From: Coraliomargarita sp.
Lineage (GTDB): Bacteria > Verrucomicrobiota > Verrucomicrobiia > Opitutales > Coraliomargaritaceae
Direction: 5' to 3'
Length of the DNA: 64,000 nt
Assembly (NCBI GenBank): GCA_965216325.1
Contig: OZ244160.1
Coordinates: forward strand, 1,024,001 to 1,088,000
In this document: in pieces, positions 44,263-54,804 of the stretch
How positions within the stretch are numbered: position 1 is the stretch's first letter
Layout of the letters: each line of letters begins with the position of its first letter
The notes under the pieces: model-generated
Database searches by the model: none
What the model was told of the DNA's origin: nothing
Seen by the model: only the letters and a program-made list of their open reading frames with translations
Position numbers and translations under genes: made by a program

Positions 44263-44616
44263 TTATTTAAAGGAGTAGGGCTGTTCGGGCAGATCTTCGT
44301 TGATGCCGACGCGATCCTTCACGATCGGAATGGTCATTAACACTGTAGCCTTATCGTCAGCCTTTCCGGTATAGGTTACCAAGCCGAGCCAAGGACTCTT
44401 TTTTTCAGTAAAGCGGTAGCCCTTGTTCTCAAGGTCTTTGCCGAGTGCATGGATCTTGGTTTGGCTCATGCCGCTGCCCGCAAACTCAAGAATCACGTGG
44501 CCATGCTCACCCTTGAGCTCATCGTGAGTGCACTCCACGTCGGGCGTATGCTTCTGAACGGTGACCAGCACTTTGGCGGCTTTCTCAAGACTGTGGCGTA
44601 AGCTTCTCGGTTTCAT
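44263..44616 (-). CDS. Hypothetical protein
   Basis: 117-aa ORF tightly coupled to the CvfB-like gene. Confidence 0.75.
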   Translation of the reverse strand: MKPRSLRHSLEKAAKVLVTVQKHTPDVECTHDELKGEHGHVILEFAGSGMSQTKIHALGKDLENKGYRFTEKKSPWLGLVTYTGKADDKATVLMTIPIVKDRVGINEDLPEQPYSFK

Positions 44617-44664
44617 CGTGAACTAATATGTGCGCTCTTGTTGCTTTTACAAGTCTGGTCGAGA

Positions 44665-44729
44665 GTAGAAGCGGCATCTTGCCGCTTTCAATCAGGTCTG
44701 CAATAAAGCGACTGGAAGCGCGCTCCTAC
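44665..44729. repeat. GTAG-type REP doublet
   Basis: GTAGAAGCGGCATCTTGCCGCTT faces an inverted copy reading GTAGGAGCGCGCTTCCAGTCGCTT. Confidence 0.7.
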
Positions 44730-44730
44730 T

Positions 44731-45489
44731 TTACTGGGTCAACGCCGCCTCGATCGCTGCGTTCTGAAGTTCGTTGAGTTCAAGGATGCCCGTTGCGCCT
44801 AGCGCGAGGAGTTCGTCGAGTTGTTCGCGATCGAAAGTCGCTTCCTCGCCGGAACTTTGCACTTCAACATATTTGCCAGCGCCGGTCATGACTAGGTTCG
44901 CATCAACCGTCGCATCCTTGTCTTCGATGTAGTTGAGGTCGAGCACGGAGACATCCTGATAGACCCCGACCGAGATTGCGGCTACTGAGTCGTTAAATGG
45001 ATTCTCTTCGAGCTCACCCGCTGCGATCAATTTGCGCACGGCAATCTGTGCCGCAACGTAGGCGCCCGTGATCGATGCGGTGCGCGTCCCGCCATCAGCT
45101 TGGAGCACATCGCAATCGATCCAAATGGTCTTGCCGGGCAGTTTCTTCAGATCGAACACCGCACGCAGTGATCGACCGATGAGGCGCTGAATCTCGATCG
45201 TTCGACCGTCGGCTTTGCCTCGGGAAATGTCGCGTTGTTTGCGGTCCAGCGTGCTGTAAGGAAGCATCGAATACTCGGCTGTCATCCAGCCGCCCTCGAC
45301 ACCTTGCGCACGCATCCAACCCGGCACACGCTTATCAATCGAGGCCGCACAAATCACACGGGTATTGCCAAAGCTCACCAGCACCGATCCCAGAGCGTGT
45401 GGAGCAATGCCAGTCTCAAATTTGACCGGACGGAGTTGATCTACCGCACGTCCATCCGGGCGGGTGAAAACAGTTTGTTCTTCAGACAT
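44731..45489 (-). CDS. rph: Ribonuclease PH
   Basis: GWMTAEYSMLP, EIQRLIGRSLR, CDVLQADGGTRTASITGA, DLNYIED. Confidence 0.97.
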   Translation of the reverse strand: MSEEQTVFTRPDGRAVDQLRPVKFETGIAPHALGSVLVSFGNTRVICAASIDKRVPGWMRAQGVEGGWMTAEYSMLPYSTLDRKQRDISRGKADGRTIEIQRLIGRSLRAVFDLKKLPGKTIWIDCDVLQADGGTRTASITGAYVAAQIAVRKLIAAGELEENPFNDSVAAISVGVYQDVSVLDLNYIEDKDATVDANLVMTGAGKYVEVQSSGEEATFDREQLDELLALGATGILELNELQNAAIEAALTQ

Positions 45490-45551
45490 TGTGTAAGGGA
45501 TACGAGATGCGTGATACAGGACGCGAGTGTTTAATGGATAGGATAGAGACG

Positions 45552-45581
45552 AACCGTTAATTTACGTGAATTAATGTTAAT
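45552..45581 (+). repeat. Left 30-bp inverted repeat flanking the 45577-45942 ORF
   Basis: AACCGTTAATTTACGTGAATTAATGTTAAT; 29/30 identical to the reverse complement of 45962-45991. Confidence 0.9.
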
Positions 45582-45942
45582 GCTTAGTCTCGGAGCTGTG
45601 CTGTTCTGGCTTTAAAGTTCTGATGCCAGCGATCAGAGTAAAGAAACCTCCGAAGGCTAAAAACAAAGAAGTGATGTGCAGCGATTGCCACCCTTCTTTT
45701 GCCAAATGGGAGAGTCCGTTCGCTTCCCGCATTTCGTCAACCAGCATAGTTTCCATGTTCTTCTCAAGCAGTATTGCTGGATATTTCGCTCTGACCCGTT
45801 CCTCTGCCTTACTTTTTGCACATATTGTGTATGAGCTTATATTTTCAGCTACGCGAATTGGAGCGAACAGAGCATAGTAAGCTCCAACTGACATCTGGAT
45901 AACACCAATTATTATAATGCTGATTGCAGATTTCATCATCAT
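45577..45942 (-). CDS. Hypothetical two-TM membrane protein inside an inverted-repeat-bounded cassette
   Basis: 121-aa ORF with N- and C-terminal hydrophobic segments; AT-richer than its neighbours. Confidence 0.65.
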   Translation of the reverse strand: MMMKSAISIIIIGVIQMSVGAYYALFAPIRVAENISSYTICAKSKAEERVRAKYPAILLEKNMETMLVDEMREANGLSHLAKEGWQSLHITSLFLAFGGFFTLIAGIRTLKPEQHSSETKH

Positions 45943-45961
45943 TTAGATAGAAGTCCGTTTA

Positions 45962-45991
45962 ATTAACGTTAATTCACGTAAATTAACGGTT
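45962..45991 (-). repeat. Right 30-bp inverted repeat
   Basis: ATTAACGTTAATTCACGTAAATTAACGGTT. Confidence 0.9.
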
Positions 45992-46006
45992 TAAAGCATT
46001 CGAGTC

Positions 46007-47176
46007 CTAGTCCTCTTGATCCGCAACCAGGGCTGGTAAATACTTTTCTCGGGCTAATCGCCAGAAAACGAGGAAGAAGGCTGTGAGCGGGATTGCCAAC
46101 ACCATGCCGAGGATACCGCCGAGCGCAGTGCCCCAGAAGAAGATCGAGAATATCAATAGCATTGGCCCCATGCCTGTTTTATCGCCCATCACGCGCGGGG
46201 TGAAAACGTAATCCGTTAGTAACTGGCCGATAACGAAGACGATCGCACATAATCCGATCAAAGTCATGCCACCACCTTCCTGAAAGTAGGCCATTGGCAG
46301 CACTGTCATAATACCGATCATGGTGCCGAGGTAGGGGATGATATTCAGCAGTCCGAGGAAGAGGCCGAGAAGGATACCGAACTTAAGGCCAACCAGGCCG
46401 AAGCCAACGGCAAGCACGATGCCGAGCAGCAAGCCGATGATGATCTGACCACGAAAAAAGGCGATGAGGATGTCGCTGAATTGGCGAGCAAGGAAGACCA
46501 GATCCTCACGACGATCTTCAGGCAGGAAGCCGAGTTGCTTCTCGATGTCGCCCCAGACATTGCGGTCGCCATTTAGAATGAAAAATAGGTAAATAGGCAC
46601 GACCGCGTAGGCAGCCACTTTACTAAAAATACTACCGAAGAAGCCTCCAAGTGTGCCGAGTGAGGTCTGTAGCTTGAAGAGTGCTGCTTTGATCGCGCTG
46701 GTGTTTTCACCGACAAGGTCTTGCAGGTAGATATCAGGATCCTGCCCCAACTTCTCACCCAACCAGGCCCACGCCTCCGGTGCTTTCGATTTAAGAACGC
46801 CAAGGATGTTTTGCTGTAACTCTGGCAGGTGGCGAATTAGGGCGGTAACTTGCTCCAGAACGAAGGGTACGCAGTAGGCCGCAAAGGCCGCCAGGACCAT
46901 AATTACCAAAAAATAGAGTAAAATGATGCCTTGGAGGCTACTCAAACGCGTGCGGGTCTCGACGAACGCCACGATTGGACGCAACAGGGTGGCCATGATC
47001 GCTGCGATTGCGACGGGGAGCAGCACGTCTTGAAAGGTGGTGACAAAGTTACGCAGCAACACGAAGGTGTAAAACGCCGTAACCAGCAGTATCACTGTCG
47101 CCAGAGCCGTCAGTCCTGCGGCAACCATGCGTTTTTGAGTCGGCGAAAGGAACGAAGAGGGCGATTCAGAACTCAT
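46007..47176 (-). CDS. AI-2E family transporter (UPF0118)
   Basis: [33 protein letters not shown]. Confidence 0.92.
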   Translation of the reverse strand: MSSESPSSFLSPTQKRMVAAGLTALATVILLVTAFYTFVLLRNFVTTFQDVLLPVAIAAIMATLLRPIVAFVETRTRLSSLQGIILLYFLVIMVLAAFAAYCVPFVLEQVTALIRHLPELQQNILGVLKSKAPEAWAWLGEKLGQDPDIYLQDLVGENTSAIKAALFKLQTSLGTLGGFFGSIFSKVAAYAVVPIYLFFILNGDRNVWGDIEKQLGFLPEDRREDLVFLARQFSDILIAFFRGQIIIGLLLGIVLAVGFGLVGLKFGILLGLFLGLLNIIPYLGTMIGIMTVLPMAYFQEGGGMTLIGLCAIVFVIGQLLTDYVFTPRVMGDKTGMGPMLLIFSIFFWGTALGGILGMVLAIPLTAFFLVFWRLAREKYLPALVADQED

Positions 47177-47419
47177 GCGGGAGAGCCTGAGACATTTTTC
47201 CTAACGATACCAGAACGAATCTTGCCTGATTTGATTCGGTTCCGAGCAGTCGCAAGTGGCTGAAAGTTGGGTATTTTAGGCTTGCAGAGGTGGCCCTTGG
47301 ACCTACTTTCACGCGCTCCTCTGCGGTGGTAGGCACCATCGCGCCGGGCTTCGGCCCATTTCAACAAAAACATCCAACCAAGCCGTTGTTCCTCACGGAA
47401 CCCGGCACATTACAGTAAA

Positions 47420-49078
<1,659 letters not shown>

Positions 49079-49101
49079 GCCCAATCTTACAGCAATTCAA
49101 C

Positions 49102-49134
49102 AAAGGCCTCCGATGAAAGTCGGGGGCCTTTTTT
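49102..49134 (+). terminator. Intrinsic terminator after rpsA
   Basis: AAAGGCCTCCGA-TGAAAG-TCGGGGGCCTTTTTT. Confidence 0.9.
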
Positions 49135-49167
49135 CGTAATCATGATCCTACTCGTAATTGTAATCTC
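49135..49167. repeat. Degenerate 6-bp periodic repeat
   Basis: CGTAAT CATGAT CCTACT CGTAAT TGTAAT CTC. Confidence 0.6.
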
Positions 49168-49171
49168 TACA

Positions 49172-49249
49172 GTAGGGGCTTCGCTTGCGAAGCCCGCCGA
49201 TAGAAAAGCGATTCAACAGGAGCGCGGGCTCCGCAAGCAGAGCTCCTAC
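49172..49249. repeat. GTAG-type REP doublet (REPIN-like)
   Basis: GTAGGGGCTTCGCTTGCGAAGCCCGC faces an inverted copy reading GTAGGAGCTCTGCTTGCGGAGCCCGC. Confidence 0.8.
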
Positions 49250-49305
49250 GTCATGGATTCAAGTGTAGAGCAAGTGTGAATACGCTGTCTAACTTCACGA
49301 TCTAT

Positions 49306-50055
49306 CTACTTGTTCAACTCAGCTCGACAGAAGGTCCAAGTTGCACGAACGCCATAGTCCGTCGTAAAGGCCGCTTCATACTCACGCAGCAGGCGACGCA
49401 ATGTTCCAATTGAGGTGCCTCGTGACACATTACAACCAGTGCCATGAAGCGACTTCCAAAACTCCAGCGTACTTGGATAGTGGTAGCGATGGCTTAGTGT
49501 TTCCATACGCTCAAGCTTTAAGCCGGCAACATCCATCGCCTCCTGCCATTCAGCAGAACTTCGCCAATTGACGGGACTCTTGCCATCTAAAACGTGATCC
49601 AACTCAGGCAAAGAAGGAGCGACGAAAAAACCGAGTAGCATATGGCCACTGGACTCAAGTCGCTCAGACCAGTTTTTCAAAGCCGTAGCAGGAGAAGGCG
49701 CCCACTGCAGCAGGCTACAACTGGTCAGGAAATCATATTGACGCTCGCGCCAACCTGATTGCTCCCATGCATCCAGCACTCTATAATTTGCAGTCGGTAA
49801 TCGCTCGCGACATTGCTGTAACATCTCGGGTGAAATGTCTGTGCAGTCGAGATGTTGAAATCGGTCCGCTAGATGCTGACTGAACAAGCCTGTGCCTGCG
49901 CCCAACTCGAGGCAGCTCCCGTTTGAACCGTCCTGCGGAAGCCACTCCGCGAGCCAACGAGCTGCATCGGCTTGCACGGAAGCATGCAAATCGTAGCTAC
50001 CAGCTTTACGTGCAAAAGCTGGCGACTCCTTCGGCATGCTGGCGCCCGTGATCAT
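49306..50055 (-). CDS. bioC: Malonyl-ACP O-methyltransferase BioC
   Basis: FARKAGSYDLHASVQ, LELGAGTG SAM motif, SLLQW; last gene of the bio operon. Confidence 0.85.
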   Translation of the reverse strand: MITGASMPKESPAFARKAGSYDLHASVQADAARWLAEWLPQDGSNGSCLELGAGTGLFSQHLADRFQHLDCTDISPEMLQQCRERLPTANYRVLDAWEQSGWRERQYDFLTSCSLLQWAPSPATALKNWSERLESSGHMLLGFFVAPSLPELDHVLDGKSPVNWRSSAEWQEAMDVAGLKLERMETLSHRYHYPSTLEFWKSLHGTGCNVSRGTSIGTLRRLLREYEAAFTTDYGVRATWTFCRAELNK

Positions 50056-50657
50056 TGTAATTCGGCGACCAAAGGGAGTAGGTCGTTGTAATCGTGTCCG
50101 TGTGTGACGCTTGTGTGGTCGGGAAATGAATTACGTAGTGCGCCTGCATCCATCAGACTGTCAGCCTCACCGATCACTGCATGGACCCGTTGGAATGCTT
50201 TCTCTGGTGCACTCTGTGTGGCAAGCATCTCCAGTCCCCAGACTAGCGAATCTACAGAGTAGGGCAAGGTGTCGACCGACTCGTTGCTGAGCCCCGCAAG
50301 ACGATAGAATAACTTCAGTGTGGCTTCGGGCTTGCACTCCAGCTTGCTCTGTAGGCTTTGTAGGACTTTTTGGGGAGTCACCCCACCCATTTCGGCTTCT
50401 TTGCAGAATGCCGGAATCGGTGCCAAGCAAGTGAGCTTGCATGTGCTGTCGATTTGCTCGAAGGCATTCATGAGCAATAAGCTGCCGAGTGAGTAACCGC
50501 CTAGGTGGGTTGCACCTGAAGACAGCACTGCATCGACCGCGCCTGGTTCCGGTGCAAATACTTGATGCGTGGCATCGGGGAGTGCACGCTCGGCTGCAGC
50601 TTTGAAACGCTCCGGCTGGATGCCCCAGCCACTGATCCATGCCCATGTATCAGACAT
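50052..50657 (-). CDS. Alpha/beta-hydrolase, putative pimeloyl-ACP methyl ester esterase
   Basis: ISGWG oxyanion motif, GYSLG nucleophile elbow, C-terminal HGHD; lies between bioF and bioC; start placed at ATG 50657. Confidence 0.7.
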   Translation of the reverse strand: MSDTWAWISGWGIQPERFKAAAERALPDATHQVFAPEPGAVDAVLSSGATHLGGYSLGSLLLMNAFEQIDSTCKLTCLAPIPAFCKEAEMGGVTPQKVLQSLQSKLECKPEATLKLFYRLAGLSNESVDTLPYSVDSLVWGLEMLATQSAPEKAFQRVHAVIGEADSLMDAGALRNSFPDHTSVTHGHDYNDLLPLVAELQ

Positions 50658-51786
50658 GCGTTTCCTGCCTCTCTTTGAATTTATTGATGATTGGCAGGAC
50701 CATCGACTCAAATGCTTCAATCGATAAGTTACGGTTGATCGAAATGCGGAGGCGGGCAGTGCCTTCAGGAACACTCGGCGGGCGAATCACGCCGACTCGA
50801 ATGCCCGCTTCATTGAAACGCTGACCGAGCTCAATAACTGAAGCATTCTCTCCGACAATATACGGAATGATCGGGGAGTCGTAAGGATGATCGAGGCCAA
50901 GTAGGCGTCGGACATCTGAGGCAAGTTTGAGCCACTTAGATTGCTGCTGCAAGAGCTCACCCTTAACGAGTTCCACAGCCTGCAGGGATGCGGCAATACC
51001 GGCAGGCGCCGGATAGGTGGTATACATGAACTCTTTCGAGAAATTGAGCAGATACTCGCGGATGTTCGGATCGCGGAAGAGACTGATCGCTCCTTGGCTC
51101 ACGAAGGCTTTACCCAGAGTGGTTACCAGAGCATCGACTGCGTCGGCGACGCCAGCCTGAGCACAGAGACCTTTGCCGTACCAACCGATTGCGTGGGCTT
51201 CATCAACGATCCAGAAGAAATCGTATTTGTTCTTTAGCTCGGCAATGGCTTTCAGGTCCGGCCAATCGCCATCCATACTGAAAAGACTTTCGGTCAGAAC
51301 AAAGATGTTACGATCGGCATTAGCCGCCAACAGCTTCTCTAAATGCTCGGTGTCGTTGTGATTGTAGCGAAACATGCGAGCACCGCTTTGCAATACACCG
51401 GCAAGGGCACTGACATGCATGAATCTGTCTGCAAGAACGAGGTCTCCTTTTCTCGGCAACAGTGAAAGTAGATTGTGATTCGCCGAATAGCCGGAGTTCC
51501 AGACCAGACACGAAGGATATTCGAGCCACGATTTAAAGCTCTCTTCGAGTTGCTGATGAATGGGCAGGTAGCCGTTGACGACCGGTGAGCCAGAGGTCGA
51601 CGAGCCATAGCGCGCCAAAGCCTCAGTCGCAGCTTCGATCACTTTTGGGTGATGCGCTAGGTCGAGATAATCATTGGTTGCAAGATTGAGCGTGTAATCT
51701 TGCGAACATTTAAGGCTGCGAATGCTGGCCTCGTTTCGCTTTTGCTCAAGCCCTTCAGCAACTCTGTCAGATAGCCACTGGTTCAT
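50650..51786 (-). CDS. bioF: 8-amino-7-oxononanoate synthase
   Basis: TNDYLDL, SGYSAN, TESLFSMDGD, VDEAHAIG, TLGKA, IRPPSVPEGTARLRIS. Confidence 0.95.
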   Translation of the reverse strand: MNQWLSDRVAEGLEQKRNEASIRSLKCSQDYTLNLATNDYLDLAHHPKVIEAATEALARYGSSTSGSPVVNGYLPIHQQLEESFKSWLEYPSCLVWNSGYSANHNLLSLLPRKGDLVLADRFMHVSALAGVLQSGARMFRYNHNDTEHLEKLLAANADRNIFVLTESLFSMDGDWPDLKAIAELKNKYDFFWIVDEAHAIGWYGKGLCAQAGVADAVDALVTTLGKAFVSQGAISLFRDPNIREYLLNFSKEFMYTTYPAPAGIAASLQAVELVKGELLQQQSKWLKLASDVRRLLGLDHPYDSPIIPYIVGENASVIELGQRFNEAGIRVGVIRPPSVPEGTARLRISINRNLSIEAFESMVLPIINKFKERQETHV

Positions 51787-52426
51787 AAAAAGGAGCCAAG
51801 TTAGAGATATCGACTGCGTTGTGCTTAACGTGTCCCCAGATCGGGATGCCCAAGTTGGTTAGGGTCTCATAGTTTGTGGCAGTCACGGCAGGGTCTTCAT
51901 CGACCGTAACATCATTGAAAATAATTCCAGCAGGAATCGACTTCGGCGCATAACTATAGGTCAGCCGCGTTTGGTTCATCGAGCCCATACGGTTTTGGAT
52001 GACGATCACCATGAAGTCCACGTCGAGTTCACGAGCGAGATCGGCATAGTCCTTACCGGAATGCTCAAGTGGGACGGCGATACCGCCTGCGCCTTCAATC
52101 AGTTGGACGTCTGCTGCTTCAGGTAGCGCTTGAAGAGCATTGAGCACCTTCGAAAAACTCAACTCATCGCCTTCAGCTTCGGCTGCTTGAACCGGAGCCA
52201 AAGGGGCTTCGTAGCTAAACAAGGTTCTGGCAGAGGCAAGCTGCGCATCGGCAACTTGAGATAAGGCCCAGTCGGCATCACCGGACTCACCCTGTGGCAC
52301 TCCGGACTGAACGGCTTTAACTATTTCAACGGATTTGCCCAGTCCAGTCAGAGCGCGGGCGAGGGCTCCAGTAACTCTGGTTTTGCCGACCTCCGTATCA
52401 TGAGCGGTAATGAGAATTTTGATCAT
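51767..52426 (-). CDS. bioD: Dethiobiotin synthetase
   Basis: DTEVGKT, KAVQSG, IEGAGG. Confidence 0.93.
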   Translation of the reverse strand: MIKILITAHDTEVGKTRVTGALARALTGLGKSVEIVKAVQSGVPQGESGDADWALSQVADAQLASARTLFSYEAPLAPVQAAEAEGDELSFSKVLNALQALPEAADVQLIEGAGGIAVPLEHSGKDYADLARELDVDFMVIVIQNRMGSMNQTRLTYSYAPKSIPAGIIFNDVTVDEDPAVTATNYETLTNLGIPIWGHVKHNAVDISNLAPFYEPVAI

Positions 52427-53379
52427 GCGATTGCCTCCTGACGCTGTGGCTTAACGGTCATCCCCAATTCTTGGATGACTTCTTTAACGGATTCGACCGA
52501 GGCGGTTTCTGTTTGAAGAATCTTCTTCCCGACATACACCCCGTTGGCACCAGCCTTGAAACACAGTGTTTTCATTTCCTTCGACATCAACGGAACTCCG
52601 GCAGCAAGCGAGATGATGGAATCCGGCATCAAGAGCCGCGCAACCGCAAGGACTCGTGCATACTCAAAGGCGTCAATAAATGGCAGTCCCTCCAGAGGCG
52701 TGCCGTCGACAGCAACGAATGCGTTCAGCGGAACGATGTCCGGATGCTCTTCTAGATTCGCAAGCTCTTGCAGCAGGCGCATGCGATCCGCTACAGATTC
52801 TCCCATGCCGATAATGCCGCCGCAGGAAAGTCCCAAGCCAGCAGCTTGAATATTCTTAACGCACTCCGCGCGCTCTGAATACGGACGGGTGGTAATCACC
52901 TTGGGATAATACTCGGGTGAGGTGTCGAGGTTGTGATTATAGTGGCTGGCTCCGGCTTCTTTGAGCTGCACTGCTTGCTCATAGCTAACCGTCCCCATGC
53001 TGCAACAGGCTTGGAGCCCAACCGATTGGACCGCACGAATGATCTCGATGATGCGATCGAAATCGCGACCTTGGGGCACGCGTCGCCATGCACAGCCGAG
53101 ACAAAATTCAATCGCACCTTCGTCGTAGGCTTGTTGCGCGACCGGGAGCACTTGCTCGACGTCGAGAATGGCTTCGCGGCTGACAAAGGTTTGGTGGTGT
53201 GCGGACTGGGGGCAAAAGGCACAGTCTTCGGGACACGCGCCGGTTTTAACCGAAAGCGCTGCATTGAACTGAACGCTGTTCCACGCCGGTCGTGAACGCC
53301 TTTCCTCAGCGATCCGATCCATGAGTTCTTGGAAGGGGAGATCGAATAGCTCCTTAATAGTATCTAGCGAGTATCTCAT
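52423..53379 (-). CDS. bioB: Biotin synthase (radical SAM), atypical auxiliary-cluster ligands
   Basis: KTGACPEDCAFCPQS, YNHNLDTS, GGIIGMGE; bio operon context. Confidence 0.92.
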   Translation of the reverse strand: MRYSLDTIKELFDLPFQELMDRIAEERRSRPAWNSVQFNAALSVKTGACPEDCAFCPQSAHHQTFVSREAILDVEQVLPVAQQAYDEGAIEFCLGCAWRRVPQGRDFDRIIEIIRAVQSVGLQACCSMGTVSYEQAVQLKEAGASHYNHNLDTSPEYYPKVITTRPYSERAECVKNIQAAGLGLSCGGIIGMGESVADRMRLLQELANLEEHPDIVPLNAFVAVDGTPLEGLPFIDAFEYARVLAVARLLMPDSIISLAAGVPLMSKEMKTLCFKAGANGVYVGKKILQTETASVESVKEVIQELGMTVKPQRQEAIA

Positions 53380-53382
53380 GGC

Positions 53383-54741
53383 TTAAGCATTCTTAACAAC
53401 CGCGCTGATCGAGGCTGCTGTTTGTTTGCACAGTAAATCCATTTCTTCTTCGTTCATGATCAGTGATGGAATCATATAAATGGTGTTGCCGATAGGGCGT
53501 AGCAGTAGCCCGTTCTTCAGCGCATCGAGGTAGAACTTGAAACCAATTTGCTCTTCGACAGCGAAGTCGGGTTTGCCGACGCCACGCGAGATATCCAGCC
53601 CGCAAGCAAGGCCCCGTTGGCGAATTTCCGAGATGTAGGGATGCCCTTCAAGGTGCTGGAGAATCTTCTGCTCAAAGATCTTGATGCGGCGATCAATGGC
53701 TCCTGAAGCAATCATACCCTCAAGCTTTTCAATGCTCTTCACGCTGACGGCAGTGCAGAGCGCATTGGCAGCAAAAGTATGGCCGTGGAAAAAGGTTTTC
53801 ATCTCGGCAAAATCACCAAGAAAGGCCTGATACATTTTCTCGGTGGTCACAGTCGCTGCGAAGGGCAGGTAACCGCCATTCAGTCCCTTCGACAGGCATA
53901 GGAAATCGGGGCAGACATCCTCAGCACCGCAAACAAACATCGGGCCCATGCGCCCAAAGCCGACGAAGATCTCATCCAAAATCAAATGAACTTCGTATTC
54001 ATCACAAAGCGCACGCACCTTCTTCAGATAACCTTTCGGGTGAAGCTTTAAGCCGCCCGGACCAAGAATCCACGGTTCCATGGTCAAGAGGGCGATGTGC
54101 TCACTCCGTTCCTGAAGCAGCTGGGTCAGTGCTTGAATGGACTCCGAGTCATCTTGAAACGATACCTTGCCCGCATACTCCTGGCAAATAGGCGCAGGAA
54201 TCACATGCTTATCAAACATCCACTTGCTAAAGCGATTGTGGAAACCACCTGCGTCGCCAACCGACATGGAGCCAATGGTGTCGCCATGATAGCCATTACG
54301 AATCGCGATTACCTCACGCTTCGTTTCCCGACCAGTCATTTGCCAGTATTGAAAGGATAGCTTAACTGCGGTTTCGATCGCACAGGATCCATTGTCGGTG
54401 AAGAAGGAGCGTGTGAGACCTTCCGGTGTCAGGCGTGCGAGCTGTTCGCAGAGTTTTGCGGCCGTCGGATGGCCCAAGCCCTTGTAGCTCACATGCGCCA
54501 TTTGGTTCATCTGCTCGACGAGTGCGGCATTCAAATCCGGATCATTATGCCCGTGAACCTTGGACCAATTGGAGGCGTTGCCATCCAGATAGCGTTTGCC
54601 TTCAGTATCCGAAATCCAGCAGCCCTGAGCGCTTTGCAGCTGGGTTATTGGAAAGTCCACATAGTCCTTCATCGGAGTGAAGGGATGCCAGGAATGCTCC
54701 TTGTCCCACTGATCGATTTGCACTTTAGAATCTACGGCCAT
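53383..54741 (-). CDS. bioA: Adenosylmethionine-8-amino-7-oxononanoate aminotransferase
   Basis: WHPFT, GYHGDT, LILDEIFVGFGR, LSKGLNGGYLP, FFHGHT. Confidence 0.95.
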   Translation of the reverse strand: MAVDSKVQIDQWDKEHSWHPFTPMKDYVDFPITQLQSAQGCWISDTEGKRYLDGNASNWSKVHGHNDPDLNAALVEQMNQMAHVSYKGLGHPTAAKLCEQLARLTPEGLTRSFFTDNGSCAIETAVKLSFQYWQMTGRETKREVIAIRNGYHGDTIGSMSVGDAGGFHNRFSKWMFDKHVIPAPICQEYAGKVSFQDDSESIQALTQLLQERSEHIALLTMEPWILGPGGLKLHPKGYLKKVRALCDEYEVHLILDEIFVGFGRMGPMFVCGAEDVCPDFLCLSKGLNGGYLPFAATVTTEKMYQAFLGDFAEMKTFFHGHTFAANALCTAVSVKSIEKLEGMIASGAIDRRIKIFEQKILQHLEGHPYISEIRQRGLACGLDISRGVGKPDFAVEEQIGFKFYLDALKNGLLLRPIGNTIYMIPSLIMNEEEMDLLCKQTAASISAVVKNA

Positions 54742-54764
54742 GCAGACAGCTGTAGAAATCTTTA

Positions 54765-54795
54765 TTGTTAAGGCAATCTTATATTAAGTTAACAC
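54765..54795. promoter_or_regulatory. Putative BirA operator upstream of bioA
   Basis: TGTTAAG-N15-GTTAACA inverted repeat 24 bp upstream of the bioA start. Confidence 0.55.
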
Positions 54796-54804
54796 GGATT
54801 GAGC

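Noticed and set aside
45552..45991. The inverted-repeat cassette as an IS element or integron cassette
   Set aside because: No transposase, no target-site duplication, and no attC-like long hairpin with RYYYAAC/GTTRRRY ends; kept as a separate finding under a different hypothesis
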